NCBI RefSeq assembly: GCF_002113885.1
Contig: NW_018480057.1
Location: 1,606 to 65,605, forward strand
Source: Mizuhopecten yessoensis
Taxonomy: Eukaryota
Reading direction: 5' to 3'
DNA: 64,000 nt
Positions 1-12,619 of this stretch are shown here, one piece after another. Numbering within the stretch: position 1 is the stretch's first letter; every line of letters begins with the position of its first letter. The notes beneath the pieces are model-generated. The model searched no databases and was not told where the DNA came from. It saw nothing but the letters and a program-made list of their open reading frames with translations. The position numbers and the translations under genes are program-made.

Positions 1-3000
1 ACAAAGACAAAACATGAGTATAATAACAGAGACCAAAATATTACAACATGGAAAAATAAAATAAAAACATGTAGGTACAGGAAAAGAGTTTATCACTTGG
101 AAAGCACTTAATAGGCACATTGCACACGGTAAGCACATCAGCACATGGTAATTTAAGCACATTTAGAACATTTGCATACAGCACATAAAAAACAAAACCA
201 TAACATGCACACTGTAAGCAATATAAAGGAGTGCAATGGACATCTCCATGTTTCCTGGTAAATTTCTTCTTTCTGGAAACAACCAGGGGAGAGAGTGATG
301 TTCTGCTTCATCTTTTGTATTAATGAAAACCGTGAATATCTAAGTGCGTTTGTTTAAACTAATTTTGTTTTGATTTTACTGGTACCTTTTTTATGTACAC
401 ATGTTTTACCACCTAAGGAATTAGATGTCTTAAGCCCCCATGAGATGTGCATTTATAAGTTGATTTTTATGTACATTTTGTTTATATTTAGTTCTGCAAT
501 CAAAGAGATTGACTTATTGAAATGTTTGTGAAACATTTTAATGAACTCCTCCGCCTTAATGCCTTATTTCTCACTATACAAGCTCATATTGCTATTCCTC
601 CTACTTGTTTGAATATCGTCTCTAAACATTATTGCTGGTACAGAAATTATGTGGTAACTATGTTCTATCTTAGGATCTTAGAGGGGGGGGGGGGGGGGGG
701 GGAGCAATCAATATTACAACAGACAGGGATGGTTATTGATGGGAGAAAGGAGGATGAGAAATAGGAACTGTACCAACTCTCTCATACCTTTGAGGACTTC
801 ATGAACTTTTTCAAAAGACTGCCAGAACTGTACCAACAGTGACATGACATTTTGAAGTCTGTCAGTTACTTTATAGAGGAGGAACCTCTGACAATCATTT
901 TCTCTCGGACACATGAAAGCCGAGTCCACAGATCCTTCCATCAGCGAATAGTCCAAATGTAGTTCAAATGCTTTCCTCGCAAATTTTTCCTTAATGGAGA
1001 AGTCAGTGATCTTTACTTGGGACAGATTGAATCTGAATATTGATGCTGAAAGCCTGATGAATGTGATTGAACACCCCCTACTGACTAAGGGCACAAATGT
1101 CGGAAACGTTGTTTTGATCAATATAACACTATGGGTGGTGGGAGCAAATTGGAAAAACATTAAAAGTATGTTTTTAAAGATAGAAATACAGGGCATGGTT
1201 TCCTTTTAGTTTTTGTCCAATGAATTAAAAGTCAACGCAAATGTTAAGCAGTAAAAGAAATGTAAGATCCCTGGTATACATTGTACTTTCAACAATGCTT
1301 ATGATCATTATCAATAAAATCAAATAAAAGTTATAATATGTAACTTGATATTTGTTAATTTCGCTCGATTTTACGGTGTCCAACATTTGATATTAAATCT
1401 TGTGTGATATATGAGAGGGATTGCACACGAAATTGTATCAATGTCAATGAAAGCAATTATTTCTTAAGTTTTCAACCATATTTCTTGAAACTTCATTTCT
1501 AAATTTCATACATCAATTGTTCAAGACAGTTTTAAGGTCAAGCTCATTCAGTCAAGGTGAAGGCTACAGCTTCACAACCTGTACATGTGACAGAGAAATT
1601 GTCAGTGCATTTCTAACTAAGTATTCAAACTCAATTTTATAAGACTTGCTCCATCATTCTCAACATTAAATCATGCACTACCTGTTTGCATATACACATG
1701 CAACCTCAACTTTCAATAAGTCTTGTTGTCAACATTTGTTGCACAATTAATGCTATCAGTTCTGAAACCAACAATAATGACAACTGTAATAACATAGTTT
1801 TGTTCTAGCTGGTACATTTGCAGTACTCTTTTAAAATGTATTTGAAATAAATATGTGCATCTTATTTCAAATGCTAGCCTATAAAGTTGATAAAGCTGAA
1901 CATATGCTATACAGTTGTTGTTTTCTTTGTGAAGAATTTATGCAATGGAAATAGAGGGAAAATAATGTAACTCTCCTAATCTTGTGTGAGTATGTATGTT
2001 TATATTTTGTTTATCTTATTCAATATTGAAACATACAACAATGTATCATATTGAATTAGAGTGCTTTTTATCTCATTTGTTCCTAGGAACACAGATTCAA
2101 AATAGTTCCATTTTTCATAAGAAGAGACCTTTTCACTGCAGTGAATATGTAAAACACTGCATTTAAAAGCTTTTCAAAATTATTGAGAGACTTGTAAATG
2201 TATGGGTAGCAGTAATCCACTTGTCTATCCACAATTTAGTTTCAGCAAGTTAACGTACATCCTTATAAATATTGTTCTGTAACAATATACACTGACTGAT
2301 GCAAAATCGAAACTTGAACAAAATTCACACGTATTAAAAAGCATGCCAACCCTGGTCGATGTGCACACTTTACAAAATAACTTGCTTGAATATATATTGA
2401 TCAATATACAAACTTAGACGATAAGTTCAAAGTTGAGTGAAATCCATGCCTAATTAATTAGCATACTGTACTCTGATTGGTCAATGGTTTTATGCCAAGT
2501 AACTTTGTCAGATAAGGCAAGATTCTGAAGAAACTTGGTTGATATCTTATTCAACAACAAAGGCAAAGTTCAAAGATGTTGACAATCTGTGCATAATCTA
2601 TTTAATGGTTCAAAATAATCGGGTATTGGTCAAAGGGGTAAAGCCAGTTTCAGTTTTTAATGTTCTATGAAATACATTATATGGACAAAGGGAAGCAATT
2701 CCTAATTCCTATGCAAATTAATTATCCAAAGGTCTAAAATGATATATTCTAGAGGAAACTTGGTACCCTCTTCTGATAAACCTATAAAGATATACTGTAC
2801 ACACAAGAAGAATAACTTCTATATATCATGTATTGTTGTAAAACAATGGACAACAGGATGGCATCATGTTATTGACATGTCCGCACGTTTCGCAGCAGGG
2901 AATCAGACTATCAACAATAGCAATAACGTAACGTGTTGACTTGTTAATCATAATGACGTCATTGCCATGGTTTCACCGGCAACTTACCCATGTCTCATTT

Positions 3001-3214
3001 ATTTACGCTGTGGATTTCTATAGATTTCCGTGTTGCAGTCTGCGATGTTAGCCACTAAATAAAGACTGATTCATGTGTGTGTGTGTGGGCGGTTTTATTT
3101 TGAGTCTACTCTTATTTCTTACACTTTAATATTGTTTCTTTAATTATCGCAGTGTGTTTGATATCAGTGGAATAAGGTTTAATTTCAAATATACATATAT
3201 TATTCTAACATTAG

Positions 3215-3403
3215 CAGTGATCTCCATGGCCTGTTTTACTATGGAGGTGCGCCATAGTAAAATGATGCTCCTCCATAGTAAAATGTTGTTCCTCCAGGGT
3301 ATTAATTCACCACAATCAACCATGTGAGGAACAATTTAAGATTGCTCAAATTACGTGACTGCAGCTTCCTCCATAGTAAAATCTGAGGCCATGGTGATCC
3401 CTG
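3215..3403. mobile_element. Short MITE (189 bp) with ~18-bp imperfect terminal inverted repeats
   Basis: CAGTGATCTCCATGGCCT (3215) is the inverted counterpart of AGGCCATGGTGATCCCTG (3386-3403). Internal inverted motif TTTTACTATGGAGG / CCTCCATAGTAAAA (3234, 3270, 3368). No clean TSD (ATTAG/GTTAG). Confidence 0.6.
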
Positions 3404-4147
3404 GTTAGCTACGATAACGTAGCTTTCTGACGACGAGAGATTTTTTTCTGTATTGCGTCGTCAGAGCTACGAAGCGGTCCTATGCCAACAAATGGAGCAA
3501 AATCAAAAGTGTTAATCTGTAAGATTGCATATAATTCACACCTCATATGAATATGATGTTATCAAAATATTGCATAATTGTTGAAAAAACGAATCCTTAC
3601 CCATGCTAAATATCTTTTACGAAATTAACAAAGTCCGTATTGGGTAAAAAAAATAATTAGAAACGACCGCCATGACAGATCACGTGTGATGTTGTCTCAA
3701 TTATCCTTTCTATATATGGCCTGCATGGCCAAATATAGTATTACTACTGATGCCGCCATGTTTACTACAATTTCCATATATTGGGTCATGACAACCATAT
3801 TTGGATGTCTGACCTATATCGGAAGAGAGACAAACTTTCCAACATTGCGGTCAATTCAGATTTCGATTACACTTGCTACGTTTACTTGATAATTTAACGA
3901 CATTTTAGGCAGAGTTCAAGTTGTGCAGGATATCAACAGAAATAGTTCATACTACAAACTTATTTATGGATGTGGACCAATGTGCTGTCAATTAGTTCTA
4001 AAATCGCCCCGGCGTGATTCACACCGGGCTTGCTCCATTACAAGGCATGGGATCGATTCCTCCTCTGCCCCGGCCGGGTATTAATATTAGTACTAATCCC
4101 TGGTTAGCTGTCGATAGGCTATACAGTTGTGTTAAATAGCTGTCTAT

Positions 4148-5371
4148 CCCTTTGCCACATGCAAGCGCCTCTTGACGCCTTTACCCCTTGCCACATGTAA
4201 GCGCTTCCCAACGCCTCTACATTATCTCAATGTAAGCGCTTCTCGACGCCGCTACGTCATCTCAATGTAAGCGCCTCTCGACGCCATGCCGTTTGGTAAA
4301 CTTAGACATGGAAAATTCCGTGATTGAGAGCTACACCTATCTGGAAATCACCTATACCATTTTTAGCAGATATCAATGCATCGACCAATCAGATTTGTAC
4401 ACGTCATTCCTACAAATAGGTTTGAATAAATTAACCTAGAAACTGCGAGTCATGAGTGTAGAAAAGTGTCACAACAACGAGCCGTGATGGCGACTGTCAC
4501 AACTATGTTACGGGACATTTTTGAGGAGGAGGAGGATGATTAATAGTTTAATGGCTTCAGCCCTGATGATATTGAGTCAGACATCGATCTTAACGATGTT
4601 TTTGAATGAACTGTCATCAGAAATAAGTCCGAAAATGTTTATGTAAAAGACGAACAGCGACCGGGTGTACCTACGGCATTAGGTAACGACGACTCTGAAT
4701 GGTCTTGAGATTTTTCACCTATCAATTTTAATGATTTTGTTAGAAAAACGAGGCTAATACTTCCAGAAAAATGTTGATGTTGATACTGCAGGTCCCGTTG
4801 ATTATTTCTATCTTTTCTTCAATAAAATCAGTTCACCACCATAGCCCGAGACACACAAACAATTTTACGCTTGAAAAACGAAAATAGATTTGACCCAAAA
4901 CGGTCGGATACAAATTCCGCCGCAATAAAAGCTTTTATATAGGCCTAAATATACACTGTATTTTAAAACTTCTTGTGAGAATTTTGGAAATTTGGTTTGT
5001 TGTTTCATTTGGAAGTGATAATATCATTGTTGAGTCATTTCATTGAATCATAATTAAAGCAAAATGTGTCTATCCTGATATACATACAGCTGATTTCATG
5101 GTTATGTGTTGTTTTTATTAGGAAAATAGCACTGAATTAAAAATTAAGAAATTCTGAACATAATTTTAACTTACTGAAAATGCTTAAAACAACTATTTCA
5201 CCTTCAAAATTAAGGTTATCAAAACAAATCAAAACTTAATTTCTCAAAAACTGCCATTGAGATGGCGTATTCACATTTCAGTCAGTGCAGCAATGTTGCA
5301 TTGCAACAATGTATCTTGGCACTATATCAGTACAGAGTGTTCAAGTGTATTGGCTTGCATGTGGCAAAGGG
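4148..5371 (+). mobile_element. Non-autonomous piggyBac-like element with CTAT target-site duplication
   Basis: Perfect 19-bp TIR CCCTTTGCCACATGCAAGC (4148-4166 / 5353-5371); CTAT at 4144-4147 and 5372-5375. Subterminal repeats at 4185-4285. Degenerate PGBD4-like N-terminus at ~4487-4950 (MATVTTMLRDIFEEEEDD..FNGF; PVDYFYLFF; IKAF.GLNI). Confidence 0.85.
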
Positions 5372-5781
5372 CTATAGGCTAAACAGTTGTTGCGGCATTA
5401 GCCGATCACATTTTATCAAACGGTGCATGCGATGAAACTAATGAAAAAGAATTGACAAATCAGGCCCCCCTTAAAAATTGTTTGTTTTGACAATTTGCAA
5501 CCCACCTTATTTAAAGAAGTGGTCATGGGTAGGTAGCTATAGGTAGTTTTTTTTGCCAAACAACTAGTCTGGCTAGGAGTCTTTAGCCATATTATATATA
5601 TAATTAAACAACACAAACGAAAGTCCTACCATTGTATAGAAAGTCTGAAAAGCCTTATTATCTCAAGGTCACATGGCTTGGCGTTGTCAATTCATAAAAC
5701 TGATTTTATAAAAAGCATGACCTAGCTAGATACATGTAGTTATAACAGCGTTCTTAACTTCTTTGCTTTATTTACTAACAG

Positions 5782-6010
5782 ATGTCATGCTATCGACAGT
5801 GGAGAAGACACAATGCAGAATTGCATGCGATGGCATTGTTGAGTAGTGATTCAGATGATAATCAACATTTGGTTTCTGCTGGGTATAACCCGGGCGCAAC
5901 AGGCAGCAATGCACACGAACAAGATTCTGATGTGGGTGGATCAAATTCGAGTGAAGATGCAGCTGGTGATCAGTCTGATCATGATCTTGATCAACAAGAG
6001 AAACGATTCC
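5782..6010 (+). pseudogene. N-terminal fragment of the EnSpm-like transposase
   Basis: MSCYRQWRRHNAELHAMALLSSDSDD... basic start followed by acidic low complexity. Fused out of frame to the C-terminal RNDSCF segment near 6000 and interrupted by a MITE at ~6013. Confidence 0.45.
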
Positions 6011-6012
6011 TG

Positions 6013-6675
6013 TTTTTAGCCCACCATCATCTGATGGTGTGCTATTCAAATCACCCTGCGTCCGTGGTCCGTCCGTTGTCCTTCGCCGTCGTCCGTCCGT
6101 AAACAATTCTTGTTGTCAGTATTCCTCAAGAAGTATCAGAGGGATCTTTCTCAAATTTTATATGTAGGTTCCCCTTGGTCCTGAGCTGTGCAGGGCAGCT
6201 TTTGAGACTGATCGGATAAACAACATGGCCGACAGGTATCCATCTTGGATTTTGATAGTGTGGGTTTTTTACCGCTATTTCTCCGGAAGAACTAGAGGGA
6301 TCCTTCTTAAATTTTATATGTAGGTTCCCCTTGATCCCTCGTTGTGTATGTTATATTTTGAGACTGATCATAAAAACAAAATGGATTAAAAGAAGAACTA
6401 AACAGATCTTTCTCATATTGCAATGATCGATTCTATTTCTTTCACATTAAGTACTGTACTAGTAAATATGTTAAATGACAAACTCACTTTGAAGGTTGGC
6501 TTTCATATACACATCAGTATTAAGTTTAGATCAAAAGTTACCTCAAGGTGCATTTACTGTTAACATGACTCGATCAAACAGATTAGAGGAAAGAAGAGAA
6601 AAGATCGAACTGACAAAGAACTAATGAAGATGGTACAAAGGTGGGTGCTAAGATCCCTCTGGGATCTCTTGTTTT
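6013..6675 (+). mobile_element. Helentron-associated MITE (HINE / DINE-1 / pearl-like)
   Basis: 5' T-run + AGCCCACC subTIR, CACCATC-N-GATGGTG hairpin, (GTCC/GTC)n microsatellite, ~157-bp internal repeats (6117, 6273), 3' GGTGGGTGCT, hairpin AGATCCC-TCT-GGGATCT, then GTTTT. Inserted in a T-run. Confidence 0.8.
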
Positions 6676-6907
6676 GTTGGAGATAGTTATGTCTTCGTAA
6701 AAGAAAAGCGACCAGATAATAAATGTGTGTGTGACGTATACCATCGTGACAACTTAGAGAGTTTCTTTGACAGTCCTTGTGACTCTAAACTGATTAATAT
6801 AGCACTTCTCCGGAATGAAAGAAGAAATGCAAGACGAAAACTCATGGAGCAGAAGGACCTAAAAAATAAAGCTGTTTGTCTTCCATACGGAAATGGATAT
6901 GTTTTAA
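6676..6907 (+). pseudogene. C-terminal fragment of the EnSpm-like transposase (continues 9667-9697 after the piggyBac)
   Basis: Open frame VGDSYVFVKEKRPDNKCVCDVYHRDNLESFFDSPCDSKLINIALLRNERRNARRKLMEQKDLKNKAVCLPYGNGYVL. Excising 6908-9666 gives ...YVLMLMLHGSERR*. Confidence 0.6.
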
Positions 6908-9662
6908 CCCTTATCCCGCCAAGTGCAGCATATGTCGTTTATATAAACCCGTTTCCCACTGCCAAGCGCGGCATATGTCGTTCCGTAAAACATGCCTATA
7001 CCACTGCCGATCGCGGCATATGTGATGTCGATTCCGGGATTGCCGTTTTGAGTACGGAACTGTGGTGAGAAAATCACTCCTTGCTTTACTTAGAAACGAT
7101 GACGTATTACTTTATACCATTATTTCATTGGCTGACTTTGTCATACCCACAGTTTATTTATAAACTAATCCACCGGACCTTGAGAGCATAGTTTCAAGGT
7201 TTTGTTGACGGCGCGAAAAGATGGCGGACGACAAACTGACAGAAGACGAACGACTGCAGATCATCGACGATATATTTGACAGTGACGACAGCGACAATGA
7301 CTTTGAGGGATTTGGACCAGAAGACTTACTACATGACGCAGAAATTCTACGAGAAATTGACTTTGATCAATCCAATTAAGACGTGGACATTCCCGAAGAC
7401 GACGACAATGGGTGGGTAAAACACAACGTACCTCTAGTAAATGCTCCATTCACGGGACAGCCCGGTTTGGCTAAAGATATTCCAGGTGACGGCGACCCTA
7501 TTGATTTGTTTTCTCTTCTTTTTGACGACGATATGTGGACGACTCTTACAACAGAAACAAACAGATATGCGTCAGATCAAATCAATGCCACCTCCCTAAA
7601 ACCCAACACTCGTTTAAATGGATGGGAGCCTACTATGGTAGAGGAGCTGAAAATATTTTTTCTCTGTTGATCGCCATGGGACTTACACGGAAAACAGACT
7701 TAGAAAGCTACTGGTCGACAGATGAGGCAGTTGAAACGCCATTATTTAGTAAATATATGTCTAAAAATCGCTTTCTTTCTATTCTAAGCAACTTGCATGT
7801 CGTTGACAATTCACTTCACGTGCCCCATGGCCAGGTAGGACATGACCCTCTCTTCAAACTTTGGCCATTTATAACAATGTTGGGGAATTTAAGTGAGGTT
7901 TATACTCCTGGAGAGTTCCTCAGCTTTGATGAGGGTACATGTCCCTTCAAGGGTAGAGTTTGATTTAGGGTCTACAATCCAATGAAACCAAACAAATTTG
8001 GTATCAAATTGTATGAAGTTTGTGAGGCAGAATCTGGTTACACGGTTGGCTTTCACATCTACGACGGGAAATCTGGATGCTGCGACTTCTCTGAGGCAGT
8101 CGATTTAGATGACGACTGTACCATCACCACAAAAACAGTTGTAGGTTTGTTAGCTAGACATGGCCTTTAGTCCAAGGGTTACAAGGTTTTTCTCGACAAC
8201 TACTACAACTCTCCTGAGCTCACAGAAGAACTGGACACGCATGATACATATATCTGCGGGACCCTCAGAGGAAACAGGAAAGGGATTCCAAAGGTATTTG
8301 CTCAGGTGAAAAAAATGTGTCGGGGTGAGGGTATTCATCGCCAGAAAGGAAACACGACAATCGTCCAGTTCCATGATAAGCGTGATCTTATGATAACATC
8401 ATTTCATGAAACAAAACTCTATGTCACAGACAAATCAGATAAAGCAGGTGCACCAATTCTGAAACCCAATTGCATCGTCGACTATGTGAAGAAGATGGTG
8501 CAGTACTACGACGTCTTAGGAAAGACTGTAAAGTGGTGGCGCAAGTTATTCCTGCACCTGTTCAACCTTCTGCCAAAAGTATGGCAATAACACGAAGAAG
8601 AGATATCATCTCGAATTCCGGAAGTCCCTAGTCCATGCCCTACTAGAGGGAGCTGAGAAAAAGACAAGATGAGGAAGGCAGGTCGAACCCTTAGGTCGTT
8701 TGACTGGACGTCACTTCCCTGCATTTATTCCAGCAAAACAGGGAGCAAAAAGAGCACGACCTCTTTGGAATTGTGTAGCCTGTAATGTCAAAGGAGCAGG
8801 AAACAACCATAAAAGGAAACAAACAAGTTATATGTGTGTTGACTGTGGTGTTGCTTTATGTGTACCCGACTGTTTCTCAACATATCACACTTACACAAAC
8901 TACCGACGGGTTCTCAATCCAATACCTGAGAACCAAGATGTAAGTGACACTGACAGCGACGAGTAGATTAGACTCTGCTGCTTTTGTATATAGTGTATAT
9001 TTGCTGCACAAACATGTAAATGTGTTCTTTTCCCGCTTTACCTGTGCTTTTTGCTGCTTTACCTGTGCTTATTAATTGCTACTTTACCTGTGCTAATTGC
9101 TGCTTTACATATATATAGCTATGGACTTGCAAATGTGTTGCTTAACCATGTGCTTATTGACTAACATTCACCATCCTCTTCACTTGGCTGCATGCTTCCT
9201 TTCCACCGCTGTTTACTGTCTGCTCAGCACAAGTTTTGATGTTTTACCTGTGACTACACCTGTACAATTACAGGTAAGTTCAGACTAAGAATACTAAGTA
9301 CTTTTGATTATGAAACTTGGACTTATTTTTCAGGTGATGGTAATAAATAAAAAACTGTTTATTAGATGTAAATTGTCTTTATTATATACAAAATACAAAA
9401 AACACACAAAACTCACCTTTTCTCACCTGTAGTTCCGGAAAGGTAAGTGAGATATCAAAAATTACTTTTGATATGAAAAGAAGAAGTCTTCCTGAACAAA
9501 ACACTTCATATATATTTTCTTGGATTCAAAAACGATAAAAAGTTATTGTTGGTTTAATCAGCTAATTAATTTTGATTAATATAGCTGTTGTTTATTTGGC
9601 AGTGGGAGGTGTACCACAAAATGTATACCCAGCAGACACATGAGTGAATGGCGGGATAAGGG
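6908..9662 (+). mobile_element. Full-length but defective piggyBac transposon
   Basis: TTAA at 6904-6907 and 9663-9666. 14-bp TIR CCCTTATCCCGCCA (6908-6921 / 9649-9662). 12-bp subterminal IR TCCCACTGCCAA (6954-6965 / 9596-9607). Left-end direct repeats GCATATGTCGTT. Confidence 0.95.
7221..8966 (+). pseudogene. piggyBac (PGBD4-like) transposase pseudogene
   Basis: Acidic N-terminus (DSDNDFEGF), PIDLFSLLF, TETNRYA, YWST, MSKNRF, SFDEG (first D), KPNKFGIK, FLDNYYNS (second D), KTVKWWRKLF, C-terminal CxxC..CxxC..LC..CF..YH domain. Several stops and frameshifts; the GGVDxxD segment is deleted. Confidence 0.92.
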
Positions 9663-9772
9663 TTAATGCTAATGCTCCATGGAAGTGAAAGACGTTAAAA
9701 GACCAGTGTTAATTCCAAACGCTGCATGTGCATGGAGATTTCCACGGTATGTTAACTATGCAGAGAGCAGTC

Positions 9773-10457
9773 TGAGCTTACCAAATGAGCTAAGCGGTCA
9801 AGATATATGTCCGTCGTCGTCCGTCGTGCGTAAACTTTTTACATTATCAACTTCTTCTCAAGAACCAGTGGATGGAATTTTTTCAAACTTGGTCAGAATC
9901 ATCCTTGGTAGATGAGGCTACCAAATTGTAAAATTGGGATTCCTACCCCAACCCTAGGGGCCAGGGCGGGGCCCAAAAGGGAAAATTAGCCAATATTTCA
10001 CAAATCTTCTTCTCCAGACTCAGAGGTATTACAGTCATTTTCTCTGCATGGATGGAAAGATCATCAGGGGCTTTATTTAAATTGTAAATTTCAGGACCCC
10101 CGAGCTATCCGTTCTCCCTTGGGGAGGGGGTAAAGTTTACTATAGTTTATATATGGAAACAACACTTTTGGGTATATTTTGACAATTTTCTGTTGGAAAT
10201 TATTTTACTTGGTCCGAATCATTTTTGGTGGATGACGGTATCACATTGTAAACTTTAAATTCCTGCCCCATCTCCAGGGGTTAGAGCGGGGACCCAAAGG
10301 GAACATTTACAAATATTTTAAAATTCTTGTCCTTTGATGACATGACAAGAATTGTATTTCACTTAGTTTACATGCTGATTTCCACATCACATCTAAACAA
10401 TAAAATAAAGCTACCAGTACCTATGATATAACTCTAAGGCCCTTGGGCCTCTTGTTT
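9773..10457 (+). mobile_element. Helentron-associated MITE (5' end degenerate)
   Basis: GTCCGTCGTCGTCCGTCGTGCGTAAAC microsatellite block, two ~320-bp internal repeat units (9890, 10209), 3' palindrome AGGCCC-TT-GGGCCT followed by CTTGTTT. Confidence 0.75.
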
Positions 10458-10459
10458 AA

Positions 10460-11058
10460 ATTTAGCTAAAAATAATTTCGACCCAGATGGCCTCACCTGA
10501 TGGAAATTCTAAATCAAAACGCCGCTGGGCAGAAATTAAAGGCGAAATATAAACAACGACACCTCAACCCTGTGAATATTCACGTTCTTTCCGGAAAGGA
10601 TTAGTATTAAAACCTGCAAGTGCTATTTCTTAGTCAGATATACTGTTGTCTAAGTGGGATTCAGTGATACATACTACGTGAAATTCGTCTGCAATATTTT
10701 CAAGGTGAGTAAGCTTATTTCTTTAACTACGTATGTTTGAATGGAAAATTGTTAATTCATCGGAAGATACAACAGGCCCAGGGTGTTCATGTATGTCCAT
10801 GCAAATCAATAATAAAAGTTGAAGGATAAGGATGAAATTAGTGTTACTGAATTAGCTATGTATAACATAAAAGAGAATACTGTATTGCGTGGTCTTAAAT
10901 GTAAGAAGAAGGATTTCAAATAGATTTCTAAATTCATCAGATACGAAATTTAAATGAATTTTAAATATTGAAGATGAGCTCGAGTGGTTACAGTGTGTAC
11001 GCATGTAGAAATTGCCGACCGCCACCCTGTGTGCTACTATATCGTTACCCATTATCAA
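10460..11058 (-). pseudogene. LINE ORF2 N-terminus (2A-like leader + APE endonuclease fragment)
   Basis: One frame with stops: ...LLLLICMDIHEHPGP-VVSSDELTIFHSNIRS*RNKL...FHVVCITESHL...PFRKERE...GVVVYI...RRFDLE...EAIWVEI. These match the APE motifs NIRS, ITExHL, RxDR, GGVxxY and ExIWVEI. Confidence 0.8.
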
Positions 11059-11689
11059 GAACGGTCATTGTTGGGTGGCTATCGGCAAAGAACATGGGCA
11101 CGTGCGTATACACCTGTCCAACAGTACAAACGGACTCGAGGTGAAGGTCACACCGACGTAAACAAGAGGAAAGTGGGAAGGGAAGGGGGAATAGTAAACA
11201 GGAAAGGTAAATACAAGAAAACAGGTGGAGAACCGAATGATGTTTCTGCTGCTATAAAGAAGAGTAAGAGTTAAAATGATTATCAGGTAGATAGACCGAT
11301 AGACTATGATAATTTTGTATATAATGACGATGTATAGAAAAATGGGAAAACTATTTGCATTTTCAGCATGGTATAACTATATGAATAACATAATCATTAA
11401 TTATATACAAGTCAGCTTGGGACAAACAGATCAAACAACACAGGGTAGGGTACTATAGGTATACTCTTTATATTGACAAGGTAGACATAATCAGACTACG
11501 TAGAGGGTTACACATAGACCATATCATAGGTAAAACGAAAGAATGCATGGGTAATCAAGTAGGCATATATTGGGGAGACACGTGAATCATACGGATATCA
11601 ATCAAGACAGGCTACCTGTTTAGTGATATCAGTGAAAACAATATAGTTGTCTTCTGTGATATCAACCATCATAGAATTCTTGATTTGAG

Positions 11690-12300
11690 ATATCAATCAA
11701 CACAGGATAATTATTTGAAGATTCCAAACAACACATTTTACTTTTGGATATCAAACAATAAATGATACTTATTTTGGATAGCAAACAATGCATAATACTT
11801 GTTTTAGATATCAAACAATGAATAATACTTGTTTTGGATAGCAAACAATAGATGATACAATGAATATTACTTGTTTTGGATAGCAAACAATAAATGATAC
11901 TTATTTTTGGATATCAAACAATAAATAATATTTGTTTTAGATATCAAACAATAATACCTGTTTTAGATATCAAACGATGAATGATACTTATTTTGGATAT
12001 CAAACAATAAATAATAATTGTTTTGGAAATCAAATAATGAGTAATACTTGTTTTGGATATCGAACCAATAAATAATACTTGTTTTAGAAATCAAAACAAT
12101 AAATGATACTTGTTTTGGATATCAAACAATATATGATATTAGTTTTAGATATCAATATCCTTGTTTTGATATATCAAATAACAAATAATATTAGTTTTTA
12201 TTATCAAGCAATATATGAAATTTCTGATACTTGCCTTAGATATCAAACGAATGACCCTTTTTTAAATTCTTTTTAAATATCAAACAATAAATAACATCAT
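11690..12300. repeat. ~30-bp AT-rich minisatellite in the LINE inter-ORF spacer
   Basis: Tandem degenerate units of ATCAAACAATAAATGATACTTGTTTTGGAT. Confidence 0.85.
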
Positions 12301-12619
12301 TCTGTATGCAATACAACCATATTGATGTCCAAATATAATGGTAAGTTAGCATTTCGATACATGGATCTGAATATCTCTAAAGGATCAACTATGTATATGA
12401 ATCGATAAAAAGGATACTGGATCATCACGTTAAGTGATAATAGTACACACATCATGAACGTACGTGACATTTTCAGTCAACAGTGGAGTTATTCGAGCGG
12501 AGAAGGTTGCAGAAGATATAGACGGTGCTGATGAAGATGTTGCTGATGCTGGTTGCAGGACGCGACTAAATCAAAGTACTGAGAGTAAATTCAATACTGA
12601 TCATGCAGAGGAGTCATTG

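Larger units (their letters stand above)
4098..9770 (+). mobile_element. Internally deleted EnSpm/CACTA(CMC)-like DNA transposon relic hosting nested insertions
   Basis: Putative left end CCCTGGTTAGC with subterminal direct repeats AGCTGTC(G/T)ATAGGCTA(T/A)ACAGTTGT that are split by the 4148-5371 insert. Basic then acidic N-terminal ORF at 5782. Removing the two inserts yields the C-terminal peptide RNDSCF-VGDSYVFVKEKRPDNKCVCDVYHRDNLESFFDSPCDSKLINIALL...KAVCLPYGNGYVL-MLMLHGSERR*, matching the FFxxPxxSxxLxI...KxVxLP...YVxxxLH tail of animal EnSpm-like transposases. Right end not found. Confidence 0.55.

Noticed and set aside
682-701. 20-bp poly-G run
   Set aside because: Simple homopolymer whose length is unreliable; no supporting context.
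3399-3410. CCCTGGTTAGCT identical to the proposed EnSpm left end at 4098
   Set aside because: It overlaps the right TIR of the 3215-3403 MITE, is only 12 bp and is in direct orientation; I cannot support it as a terminus.
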